Shown one piece after another: positions 1-7,953 of a DNA stretch of 32,000 nt. Every line of letters starts with the position of its first letter. Position 1 is the first letter of the stretch. Location: assembly GCA_030688545.1 (NCBI GenBank), contig JAUYHT010000002.1, positions 210,001 to 242,000 on the forward strand, given 5' to 3'. The stretch is from Candidatus Iainarchaeum sp. GTDB taxonomy: Archaea > Iainarchaeota > Iainarchaeia > Iainarchaeales > VGJJ01. The notes under the pieces are model-generated. The model was not told the DNA's origin, made no database searches, and was given only the letters and a program-made list of their open reading frames with translations. The translations under genes and the position numbers were made by a program.

Positions 1-1
1 C

Positions 2-1198
2 AATTATATGCACGTGTTGGGGGTACTCCTCCTCGATCACGCGCCCTTCAAACACGCCGTGGTGAGTGGAAACATATTGGCTTCCGACGGAAGCAAGATG
101 TCCAAATCGAAAAAGAATTTCACCGACCCCTTCACCATTTTTGACACCTATGGAGCAGATGCCTTGCGCTTTTACCTGATGCAATCCCCCGTGACGCAAG
201 CGCAAGATATCCATTTCAAGGATGAGGGAGTGCAGGAAGTGTATCGAAAGGTCATCCTGCCCGCGGCCAACACATTGGATTTCTATCGGATGTATGCCGC
301 TCAAAAAACTAAATTGGAAAACCCCCATTCCCCTCACATTTTAGACAAATGGATTATCGCGCGCCTCCACCAGACCCTTTCCCGCGTGACGGAAGGGTTG
401 GATGGATATGATACTATTACTCCCTGCCAGGCCTTATCCAGCTTCATCAGCGATCTTTCCACGTGGTATCTCCGCCGGAGCCGGGAACGCGTCAAAGGAA
501 CGAATGACCAGGATAAAATGGACGCCATTCGTACCTTGGCTTATGTCCTCCACCAATTGAGTCACCTGCTCGCCCCAATTACTCCCTTCCTCGCGGAAGA
601 AATTTTCCAAACACTCAAGAAAATGCATCCCGGGATGAAAGAAAGCGTGCACCTCGAAGACTGGCCCCGCGCGGATGAAAAAATGATTGATCCAATCATC
701 CTCCAGAACATGGACGCCTGCCGGGAAGCCGTGCGCCTCGCCCTTGACCAGAGGGAACGCCATAAAATACCGATTCGGCAGCCCTTGTCAAAAGCCACGC
801 TCTATGGGATTACTTTAAACGACGCTATGTCATCCATTTTCAAGGATGAATTACATGTGAAGGAAGTGTCCTTCGCGGAGGCCGGAAAAGACGGGGTGCG
901 GGTGGAACTGGACACCACACTCACTCCCACCCTCCTCGCGGAAGGCGCGGCGCGGGAACTCATGCGGGCCATCCAGGATTTGAGGAAGAAGGCCAATATG
1001 CAGCCCCAGGAAGAAGTGGAGGTGTTCCTGGAATCCTCTCCCCAATTCCAAAAAATGATTTCTCCTCATTCGGAGGAGGTGAAAGCCAAGGTGCGGGCCC
1101 GCACCATCACTTATAGTAAGGCCACTAATCCATTGCAGGAAACCAATATCATCATCAAAGAGGAACCCCTTACCATACAACTCCAGAAAAGGACGTGA
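2..1198 (+). CDS. ileS: Isoleucyl-tRNA synthetase, C-terminal portion (5' end outside window)
   Basis: ORF is open to the window edge. It has the class I KMSKS loop (DGSKMSKSKKN). The anticodon-binding pattern ILDKWIIARL...FISDLSTWYLRRSRERV...LLAPITPFLAEEIFQ is IleRS-like rather than ValRS or LeuRS. Confidence 0.85.
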   Translation, partial: NYMHVLGVLLLDHAPFKHAVVSGNILASDGSKMSKSKKNFTDPFTIFDTYGADALRFYLMQSPVTQAQDIHFKDEGVQEVYRKVILPAANTLDFYRMYAAQKTKLENPHSPHILDKWIIARLHQTLSRVTEGLDGYDTITPCQALSSFISDLSTWYLRRSRERVKGTNDQDKMDAIRTLAYVLHQLSHLLAPITPFLAEEIFQTLKKMHPGMKESVHLEDWPRADEKMIDPIILQNMDACREAVRLALDQRERHKIPIRQPLSKATLYGITLNDAMSSIFKDELHVKEVSFAEAGKDGVRVELDTTLTPTLLAEGAARELMRAIQDLRKKANMQPQEEVEVFLESSPQFQKMISPHSEEVKAKVRARTITYSKATNPLQETNIIIKEEPLTIQLQKRT

Positions 1199-1207
1199 AA
1201 CCCATCT

Positions 1208-2203
1208 ATGCCCCGAGAGATACTCCCCACCCCCAACCCATCCTTCAAGCGCAAACAGACCCAGAAGAGCATTGATCCTAACAAGCTCCGCGAGATCCGG
1301 GGATTTGAATTTTCCCCCCAGATGAGCGTGAAGGAATTCGTGGGCTACTACCAGCATATGGGATTCCAGGCCTCCCACCTCACGCAGGGAATGGAGATCA
1401 TCAAGGAAGCCCGAGAGGACCACTGCGAGATATTCCTGTCATGCACCTCTAACATGGGAAGCTCCGGCCTGCGAGAACTTATTGCTCAACTCATTCGGGA
1501 CAAGAAGATTAGCTGCCTCATCACCACCACCGGATTGATTGAGGAGGACGTTATAAAAACATTCAATGCATTCCGTTTAGGGGAATTCGATGTCTCGGAT
1601 GAAGAGGTGAAGGCCAATAAGCTCAACCGCATCGGCAACATCTACGTGCCGGATGCGCATTACGTGCAGTTCGAATCCTGGCACAACGAATTCATGCAAA
1701 CCCTGTACAAGGAAAAGAAGATCTGGCCCGCGCACGAATACATTTTACGCATGGGCCAGAAATTAAAGGATGAGCACTCCATATTGTATTGGGCCGCCAA
1801 ACGGGGCGTCCCAATAATTGTCCCCGGATTCGTGGATGGGGCGATGGGGGACCACTGGTATTTTTTCAATCAAAACAAAAAGCCGGAGGAACGCCTGATC
1901 ATCGACCAAACGGCCACGCTGAAAGTATTTTACGACCAAATACTCGCAGCCGACAAGACCTGCGGCGTCATCCTGGGGGGAGGGATTGCCAAGCACCACC
2001 TCATCGGGGCCGCCATCCTGCGGGACGGATTGGATTATGCGGTGTATATGGGAACCGGCACCCCCTACGATGGATCGCTCAGCGGTGCCCATCCCCAGGA
2101 AGCCATCTCATGGAACAAGCTCAAGGAACGCCGCCACAGCGCCCACATCGAATGCGAGGCCACGATCGGGTTTCCCCTGCTCATGACGGGGTTCTACCTC
2201 TGA
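1208..2203 (+). CDS. dys: Deoxyhypusine synthase
   Basis: 331-aa ORF starting 9 nt after the ileS stop. It contains the DHS-family blocks SCTSNMGSSGLRE, VPGFVDGAMGD, LGGGIAKHH and GTPYDGSLSGA. Confidence 0.9.
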   Translation: MPREILPTPNPSFKRKQTQKSIDPNKLREIRGFEFSPQMSVKEFVGYYQHMGFQASHLTQGMEIIKEAREDHCEIFLSCTSNMGSSGLRELIAQLIRDKKISCLITTTGLIEEDVIKTFNAFRLGEFDVSDEEVKANKLNRIGNIYVPDAHYVQFESWHNEFMQTLYKEKKIWPAHEYILRMGQKLKDEHSILYWAAKRGVPIIVPGFVDGAMGDHWYFFNQNKKPEERLIIDQTATLKVFYDQILAADKTCGVILGGGIAKHHLIGAAILRDGLDYAVYMGTGTPYDGSLSGAHPQEAISWNKLKERRHSAHIECEATIGFPLLMTGFYL

Positions 2204-2296
2204 AACTTTTTAGAAAAAAGTTTCATCAAAAGAAACTTTTTAGAAAAAAGTTTCATCAAAAAACGACTTTTTAGGAAAAAGGCCGGCGAAAAAAAT
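2202..2296. repeat. Tandem 30-bp repeat (2202-2231, 2232-2261) with palindromic core GAAACTTTTT-AGA-AAAAAGTTTC, plus a related CTTTTT-AGG-AAAAAG/GGCCGGCGAAAAA tail
   Basis: The two 30-mers are identical by direct reading. A third copy lies at 21563-21592, and a related inverted copy lies at 10556-10586. Confidence 0.9.
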
Positions 2297-2414
2297 GGTG
2301 AAAATAGTCTACTAAAAATTTGGTCAACTTTTTGGCAAAAGGCTGAATAGCAGATAGTTCTCTCTTCGAGAAAAAGGAGGTTCATAATCCTTTCTTCTTT
2401 TGGAAAAGGAAACC

Positions 2415-2444
2415 ATTAAATATCATAATGATAACATAATGATA
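2415..2444 (+). promoter_or_regulatory. TATA-like box (ATTAAATAT) plus two tandem CATAATGATA repeats abutting the vapB-like ATG
   Basis: CATAATGATA occurs at 2424-2433 and 2435-2444. The AT-rich box is centred about 27 nt upstream of ATG 2446. This is a plausible autoregulatory operator of the TA pair. Confidence 0.4.
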
Positions 2445-2445
2445 T

Positions 2446-2673
2446 ATGGAAAAAATACTGATCCGCTTGGATGGGAAACCCGAGAAGGTCCTGCACGATC
2501 TCCTGGAGAAAGGCATCTATAAGACCAAGACGGAAGCCATCCGCGCAGGCATTATGCAGCTCCAGTGGAAGGAAAATTTCACTGCCGAGTGGATGAAATT
2601 GCAGCAGGCCGCCCAAAAAAATAAGCGTAGTATTAAAGAGATCCAGGACGCCCTGAGTAATCTCGATAAATAA
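2446..2673 (+). CDS. Ribbon-helix-helix (CopG/VapB-like) antitoxin
   Basis: 75 aa. It has an N-terminal beta-strand (KILIRLD) followed by two helices (KVLHDLLEKG, KTEAIRAGIMQL). Its stop overlaps the start of the PIN gene (TAATG). Confidence 0.7.
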   Translation: MEKILIRLDGKPEKVLHDLLEKGIYKTKTEAIRAGIMQLQWKENFTAEWMKLQQAAQKNKRSIKEIQDALSNLDK

Positions 2674-3095
2674 TGGTTATCGCGTTCATCGACACCAATC
2701 CATTTGTCTATGCCATCCATTTCCCTGAATCGAACTCCAGCAAGATAATGGAACTCATAGGAATGCATGCGATTGAAGCGATTGTTTCTGAATTGGTATT
2801 ACGCGAGATTGACATCGTGCTCCGGCGAACAGCCAATCCATCTATTGCAACGGAAACGGCCCGCCTCATCCGACGCCATTGTTCGGTTATTCCCCGGTAT
2901 GCCATTGAGGAAACGATGATCCAGTGGCGTGGCCAGATCAAGGAGAAGGATTTGGAGAATTTGGCCGTTGTGAAACAATATTCGATACCCCGTCTAGTCT
3001 CCTGGGACCGGGACTATTTACCCTTCCCAGAATACCGGACACCCAAACAATTTATTCAAGAGATGGGAGGTGTTCCGGCGCCAACTGAATATTAA
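2673..3095 (+). CDS. PIN-domain toxin (VapC-like)
   Basis: 140 aa. It has the N-terminal FIDTNPFVY motif with the conserved Asp, further acidic residues (LREID, WDRD), and translational coupling to the upstream RHH gene. Confidence 0.8.
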   Translation: MVIAFIDTNPFVYAIHFPESNSSKIMELIGMHAIEAIVSELVLREIDIVLRRTANPSIATETARLIRRHCSVIPRYAIEETMIQWRGQIKEKDLENLAVVKQYSIPRLVSWDRDYLPFPEYRTPKQFIQEMGGVPAPTEY

Positions 3096-3149
3096 TTTCT
3101 TTTCCAAAAAAAAAATTGGACCAAAAGAAACCATTTTATTAACCCCAAA

Positions 3150-3407
3150 ATGACTAATCATAGGATGACTGACAAGCAATCCAGCGATGAAGTCGAGGAC
3201 ACGGAAGACATCTACGACGAGGACCAGATCGCCGAGGAGATGGAAGAGGACGAATTGAAACCGGCTGAAGCGGGATTCATGGAAGGCTATATGAATCCCG
3301 ACCAAACGGAGCGGGAAATCGAGGCCACGCGGAAATCGAAAAAAACCATGCGCCGGCCCACTTCTGCGGGCGAAAAGGATTTCGGGCGGAAGGAAAAGAA
3401 GAAATAA
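3150..3407 (+). CDS. Hypothetical small protein with acidic N-terminus and basic C-terminus
   Basis: 85-aa ORF in an otherwise empty gap. No family recognised. Confidence 0.4.
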   Translation: MTNHRMTDKQSSDEVEDTEDIYDEDQIAEEMEEDELKPAEAGFMEGYMNPDQTEREIEATRKSKKTMRRPTSAGEKDFGRKEKKK

Positions 3408-3516
3408 TTCAACTCAAGAGTTTGAATCAAAACCCAATCGAAAAAGAATCCTTTTGTTTCGGGGAACAAGATATTTTTTGTTTGAAACAGATTATGGGCG
3501 AATGATTTGGAATAGG

Positions 3517-3687
3517 TTAGGCGAGCCCGTGCAGTACAAGCATGAGGATGATTACCACGATCGCGGCCCCGATAACCATGGGGGGCGTGAGGACGGGACC
3601 GCCCTCATCAGTGTCGAAGAAGCGCTGAATTCCAATGCTGGAGGAAGGACCTTGTCCCTGGGGCGCGGTTTGGGTGAACTTGACCAT
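3517..3687 (-). CDS. secG: Preprotein translocase subunit Sec61-beta (archaeal SecG)
   Basis: 56 aa from the internal ATG at 3687: MVKFTQTAPQGQGPSSSIGIQRFFDTDEGGPVLTPPMVIGAAIVVIILMLVLHGLA. This matches the Sec61-beta pattern (S-aGl-RyF, short linker, C-terminal TM). A TATA-like TTTATAT box lies 27 nt upstream. Confidence 0.8.
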   Translation of the reverse strand: MVKFTQTAPQGQGPSSSIGIQRFFDTDEGGPVLTPPMVIGAAIVVIILMLVLHGLA

Positions 3688-3710
3688 ACTAAAGGTGGGA
3701 CGCATCACCC

Positions 3711-3718
3711 ATATAAAT
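3711..3718. promoter_or_regulatory. Shared AT-rich TATA-like box between divergent genes
   Basis: ATATAAAT lies about 27 nt from ATG 3687 (minus strand) and about 28 nt from ATG 3742 (plus strand). Confidence 0.4.
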
Positions 3719-3741
3719 GAGCAGGGGGATTGTGTCCTCGT

Positions 3742-4656
3742 ATGCCTCCCATGCGCCCCATTCTCCGTGACATATATCATGTCGGGGTGGCGCTCGTTCT
3801 GGTACTGGTCATCCTGGGTTTAATCACGTGGTCGGGGTTCCTCTCCTGCCGCGACATCCCGGGGTGGTGCGACGTGTATTATGGGATCAAGGGCTCCCCC
3901 AAAACGCTCATCGTTTTCGGGGACGATGGATTAGGCAATCCGGATTGGCTGGCCCAGCAACTGCGCGATCCTAATGGGGCGCACGCGAGCAACCTCTCTC
4001 GGCAACAATTGGATTTCGTTTCCGCCGGAAACCTGAAAGAATTCGATTTGGTAATTGTCACCCGCGCGCGAACCATGCCCACGGAAAAATTAAAGGCCTT
4101 CATGGAATACGCGGACGCGGGAGGAAGGCTCATTTGGACGGGGGACGCGGGAACGGGACTGACGAATGAAGACCAGTTCCTGTACGCTGATGATTTGGAT
4201 GAGAATGCCGGGCACGAGATTTTAACGCCCTGGGCTAGGAAGGATAGTGAAACCAATACCCCCATCCGATTTGACCAATACATTTCAGCCGCCTACCAGG
4301 GGAATTGGTGTGAAGTAAGGGAGTGTGCCATCGAACAACAAGTGGGGTTGCTCGTTCCCGAAACCGGAGCCGACCACCCCCTCATATTTGGGATTGCCAA
4401 TAACCTGAACCTGTACGGGGATTTTTCGCTCGTGCGGGAACTGGGAATAGGCAGCACCATCGTTTTGAGCGTGGACACGCAAACCCTTGTTCGGGACACC
4501 GGAGGAAAGGAATTAGGGCGCGTATTCCCGCTCATCATCACTTCTGGAGTGGGGGAGAAAATAGTCTACTACGCCGTGCCCCCGGAGTACTATGGCGCTC
4601 CCCCCATGACCTATAAGCTGCTCCTCGAGAACTTGTACGTGGGGATGCTGCGATGA
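3742..4656 (+). CDS. Membrane-anchored protein, paralog of 5342-6313 (possible class I glutamine-amidotransferase-like/ThuA-like fold)
   Basis: It has an N-terminal TM (VALVLVLVILGLITW). The strand/helix pattern is TLIVFGDD...FDLVIVTR...FMEYADAGGRLIWTGDAG. The C-terminal blocks DHPLIFGI and FPLIITSG..KIVYYAVPP are mirrored in the paralog. The ORF track starts at TTG 3730, and ATG 3742 fits the TATA spacing better. Confidence 0.6.
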   Translation: MPPMRPILRDIYHVGVALVLVLVILGLITWSGFLSCRDIPGWCDVYYGIKGSPKTLIVFGDDGLGNPDWLAQQLRDPNGAHASNLSRQQLDFVSAGNLKEFDLVIVTRARTMPTEKLKAFMEYADAGGRLIWTGDAGTGLTNEDQFLYADDLDENAGHEILTPWARKDSETNTPIRFDQYISAAYQGNWCEVRECAIEQQVGLLVPETGADHPLIFGIANNLNLYGDFSLVRELGIGSTIVLSVDTQTLVRDTGGKELGRVFPLIITSGVGEKIVYYAVPPEYYGAPPMTYKLLLENLYVGMLR

Positions 4657-5345
4657 GCCCCCAAGTGGAACGGTTCAACAATCGGTTAAAACGAAATTCC
4701 AAAGTGGTTATCCTTCGACGGCACCTGAACCCTTCATTTAGAATAGAAAATGGAGAAATTAATGAAATTCGCGCGGCACGTGTCTCAGGACCAATTCTTA
4801 TATCACCCTTTTATGCTGGGGGTGATCCTAAAAATTATCCAGCCAAATTAGCTATATCTATCGCGTTTGTGTTATCTGCTAATCCATTTATAGCACAAAT
4901 TATCCAACGATTTTATTCCGAACTACCCCTGGATCAACCCATCATCATGCCCCCCTTCGAACGCTTTTATCCGGAAGGATGGATTCAGGCCAGCCGCATC
5001 AAGGAAACCCACCCCATCTATTATGTGGATATGAAAGGAAACCTTGTTTTCGTCAAAAATTCGCGAATGGAATATTTCCGCTATCTCTTTCAGAAATCCC
5101 TGCTCGGAAGATTGGGATATAATCCCTGGTGGTGGCGGGGATACATCGAGCCTCCTAAAGCACCGGAACCGGTTAAGAAGTGGGCTAAGGAGCAATTACG
5201 CAAATTGATGGAAAAAATTCCCAGAAAACCGGTACTAAAACCATCCCTCGTTCCTGTTCATTTTCGTCGTTCTGATCCTAAGTTTCAGGACAATTCTTCA
5301 TCCAGACGACCCAAAAGGATGCGGCGTGGATCACGAGGGAGATGA
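4653..5345 (+). CDS. Hypothetical protein with very basic C-terminal tail
   Basis: 230-aa ORF with ATGA overlaps to both neighbours. The first third is visibly AT-rich. No family recognised. Confidence 0.5.
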   Translation: MSPQVERFNNRLKRNSKVVILRRHLNPSFRIENGEINEIRAARVSGPILISPFYAGGDPKNYPAKLAISIAFVLSANPFIAQIIQRFYSELPLDQPIIMPPFERFYPEGWIQASRIKETHPIYYVDMKGNLVFVKNSRMEYFRYLFQKSLLGRLGYNPWWWRGYIEPPKAPEPVKKWAKEQLRKLMEKIPRKPVLKPSLVPVHFRRSDPKFQDNSSSRRPKRMRRGSRGR

Positions 5346-6313
5346 CCTATTTCCCACCCCCCACCCAATTGTTTATAAAGGAGTTAACGTCTTTACCTGC
5401 CAGGACACCCATCTGGGTTATTGGGGAAAATATCTATAGTGAGGAGGAAACACGCATGGCTTACGAGGACGAGGGCGCGGAATTGCCCCCACTGGACGGG
5501 GGTTCTTTCAGCTCCAAACTGCATTTCAATCTGGAAGCCTTGATCCCCATCATCCTTATCGTCATCATCGGATTCCTCCTCCTCGCCCGATTGGGAGTGG
5601 TTGATTCATCTACTCCCATCCTGGGACCGGTGGTGGGTTTCATTTCCCCTAATGCCACTGCCCGCGTGCTCATTGTAGGCGCCCCATCACCTGAACTGAT
5701 GGCCGTGCTCAATGCCAATAAAGACTTGGTGGGCAATCCAATTGTTAGAGTGGCGGAAGCCTTCGCGCGGGACCCCAGCAACCAATTGGCGCAATTCGAC
5801 ATCGTGATCATGGATCAATCCGGGCAACTCTCAAAAGAGATTCCCCGACAACTTGGGGATGCGCTCCAAGACTATGTGAAAACCGGAGGAAAACTCATCA
5901 TCATCCAAAATTCAGGGATTCAGCGCCCGGGGGCATTAGACATCTTAGGTTGGAAGGCCAACTTTGGGAATATCGTGCCGGTGAACTGCGACATCATATT
6001 GGATGGACAACCCACCTGCAAACGACCCATCGCCGTGGTGGGGGTTATCTGGCGGCAGGACTTCAAACATCCCATCATGCTGGGCATCGAACGCGTGCCC
6101 GCGGAAGCCGAAGCGGGCTACTTGCTCCTGGAAACCTATGACATCGGGGTCACCGGAAACGAGATAGCGTACATTGAAGACGCCCGCACGGGACAGAATT
6201 TCCCGGCCATCGTCGAACACGCTCAGCTCGGCGGAGGAAAGGTCATCTATTTCAATTACAATCCCGGCATCACTGCGGGCATACTTGAAAATACGATTAA
6301 ATACCTGCGTTGA
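5342..6313 (+). CDS. Membrane-anchored protein, paralog of 3742-4656
   Basis: It has a TM (LIPIILIVIIGFLLLARLGVV). It also has ARVLIVGA...FDIVIMDQ...YVKTGGKLIIIQNSG, KHPIMLGI and FPAIVEHAQLGGGKVIYFNYNPG, collinear with the first gene of the operon. Confidence 0.65.
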   Translation: MTYFPPPTQLFIKELTSLPARTPIWVIGENIYSEEETRMAYEDEGAELPPLDGGSFSSKLHFNLEALIPIILIVIIGFLLLARLGVVDSSTPILGPVVGFISPNATARVLIVGAPSPELMAVLNANKDLVGNPIVRVAEAFARDPSNQLAQFDIVIMDQSGQLSKEIPRQLGDALQDYVKTGGKLIIIQNSGIQRPGALDILGWKANFGNIVPVNCDIILDGQPTCKRPIAVVGVIWRQDFKHPIMLGIERVPAEAEAGYLLLETYDIGVTGNEIAYIEDARTGQNFPAIVEHAQLGGGKVIYFNYNPGITAGILENTIKYLR

Positions 6314-6425
6314 TGACCAATAAGGAAAGCTCTTTTGATGGCGCTGGTACTGGTATTATTGACGACGATGGGATGGGCCCAAGAGGTGAATGGGTCAGTG
6401 GCCGGATTGGGAGACCATGCTGGTC

Positions 6426-6764
6426 TCAAAACCCTTCACTCCCAAAATTTCTGAGAACATGTTTGATTTCATCAATCGTCTTTTGCTGATCCTTCTTACC
6501 GGACATTCGTACGAATTTGATCAACAAATCATTTAGTTCCTTTGAAGATAGAAATTTCAACCTAAACTGATCAGTGATGAAGTAGAATCTGAAATTTTCG
6601 TATTTTATTTCCTTTATAACAATATTTCCAACCGTTCCAAGAGGTTTCCCTTTTTGAGGATTTTCCTCCAGCGTCAACAATAAAGAAAATATTTCCACGG
6701 ACTTTTTTTGGAAGACTTTGTTGATTTTTTCTTCCAACGCATGTGTAATGATTACTTTTGCCAT
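6426..6764 (-). CDS. RelE/ParE-like toxin (tentative)
   Basis: 112 aa. The pattern LEENPQKGKPLGTVGNIVIKEIKYENFRFYFI resembles the RelE/ParE core. It overlaps the upstream antitoxin-like gene by 13 nt and lies in AT-rich DNA. Confidence 0.5.
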   Translation of the reverse strand: MAKVIITHALEEKINKVFQKKSVEIFSLLLTLEENPQKGKPLGTVGNIVIKEIKYENFRFYFITDQFRLKFLSSKELNDLLIKFVRMSGKKDQQKTIDEIKHVLRNFGSEGF

Positions 6765-6958
6765 TTGGCTTTCGCCCTCTCCAATGCATTGGCGACAGAA
6801 TCCGTGTTTGATTCATCCATCAGAAGCATTTGTAATTGTTTTTCTTTGGCTATCTCAACCAGCCTTCGGAGAATAGCGTCGTAAGTCTCTCCCTTCACGC
6901 CGAAGCTCTTTATTTCTTCTTTTACTTCGTCTGAAACGGCCATTGTGCTACCCATCAT
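6752..6958 (-). CDS. Small antitoxin-like protein (archaeal VapB/DUF217-like)
   Basis: 68 aa. MAVSDEVKEEIKSFGVKGETYDAILRRLVE matches the ISDEVYE.L...GeSfSDvI.RLl pattern of archaeal putative antitoxins. A GGAGGG motif lies just upstream. Confidence 0.6.
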   Translation of the reverse strand: MMGSTMAVSDEVKEEIKSFGVKGETYDAILRRLVEIAKEKQLQMLLMDESNTDSVANALERAKAKWQK

Positions 6959-7212
6959 TTCCCTCCAATACTATTTTTTATAATCGTTATAATCATTACA
7001 TTGATTACATTATATAAATCGTAAGGCCAATTCAGAAAACTACGATTCCAGCCATTTGGGGCGAGAACGACATCTTTAAAGCCGCCGCAACCCTCTGGGA
7101 GACCATGAAACCCCTTAATGTGCAGGAAGCCAGTTTGCCCAAAAAGGGGGTTCAGAATCCAAGGTTTTAACCCCTGATTGTGCCAAGCTTCATTTCCCAT
7201 AGCCTTTTATAG

Positions 7213-7250
7213 TCATGATGATGTCATGATGGTTCATGACCAGCCATGAC
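7213..7250 (+). promoter_or_regulatory. Four phased (T/C)CATGA motifs over the start of a wHTH regulator gene
   Basis: TCATGA occurs at 7213, 7224 and 7234, and CCATGA at 7244, a 10-11 bp spacing. A CTTTTATAG box lies at 7204-7212. Confidence 0.35.
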
Positions 7251-7715
7251 GATCCATTATTCTCGGCCCAGGCCCTGATACAACGGGTTTCTCCCGAGTT
7301 CGCCGACTTGACGGCGGATATTAGAGAAGTCGCCCAGGCCTCCAAGGACCCGGCTTTGCTCGCCGTCCTCCTCTTCAAACTTGCCCAAGAGCGCCAGAGG
7401 ACCAATCAACTGCTCCAAGACATTTATGATAAATACGACCAACTGGCCTTCGCCCAGAAAACAAGTCCCTCCCTATCCCCAACTATCCTCCCATCCCTCG
7501 CCTCCCATACTGTTTCCATTCTCCCCGAAGCCGATCAAAAAATCATGGCGCTCGTGGAGGAAAAGAAACACATCGATGCCCAGCTCGTGAAGGACGCATT
7601 AGGTTACAAGAACACCAATGCCGCGTCGCAACGCCTGAACGGGCTGGTGAAGAATGGACACTTGAATAAGGTTCAATCCGGAAAGAAGGTGGTGTTCCTG
7701 CTGCGAAGCACGTGA
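7236..7715 (+). CDS. Putative winged-helix DNA-binding protein
   Basis: 159 aa. The C-terminal block LPEADQKIMALVEEKKHIDAQLVKDALGYKNTNAASQRLNGLVKNGHLNKV is wHTH-like (MarR/TrmB style). Confidence 0.55.
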   Translation: MTSHDDPLFSAQALIQRVSPEFADLTADIREVAQASKDPALLAVLLFKLAQERQRTNQLLQDIYDKYDQLAFAQKTSPSLSPTILPSLASHTVSILPEADQKIMALVEEKKHIDAQLVKDALGYKNTNAASQRLNGLVKNGHLNKVQSGKKVVFLLRST

Positions 7716-7828
7716 CACTCAAAACCAATCGGGGCGCGCATTCCCTCCCAACTCCCAACCCAAGATGGACATTCGCGCTCCGATTCCCCCTTTCCAGAAC
7801 GACCAACCCTTTGCCTACCAACCAACCC

Positions 7829-7850
7829 GGGGGGCGGGAAACCGCCCCCC
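7829..7850. terminator. GC-rich hairpin GGGGGGCGG-GAAA-CCGCCCCCC between convergent genes
   Basis: Perfect 9-bp stem with a GAAA loop, read directly. T-rich sequence follows it. Confidence 0.35.
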
Positions 7851-7953
7851 ACCCATGCTTCTCTTCGTTTCTAATTTGGCCAAACTAAAATAGTTATTTT
7901 CAAACATGGAACAAGTTTGTTATATTAAAAAAATGGATTTTTTTACCCAATAA

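Noticed and set aside
3454-3720. 88-aa plus-strand ORF opposite the Sec61-beta gene.
   Set aside because: The minus-strand reading gives a convincing Sec61-beta pattern with correct promoter spacing. The plus-strand product has no recognisable features.
6338-6454. 38-aa ORF MALVLVLLTTMGWAQE..., whose signal-peptide-like start resembles that of the 13525 gene (..VWAQE).
   Set aside because: It is too short and terminates inside the 3' end of the TA cassette. Joining across the 12-bp direct repeat gives a stop after 3 more codons. It may be a gene remnant, but I cannot support calling it.
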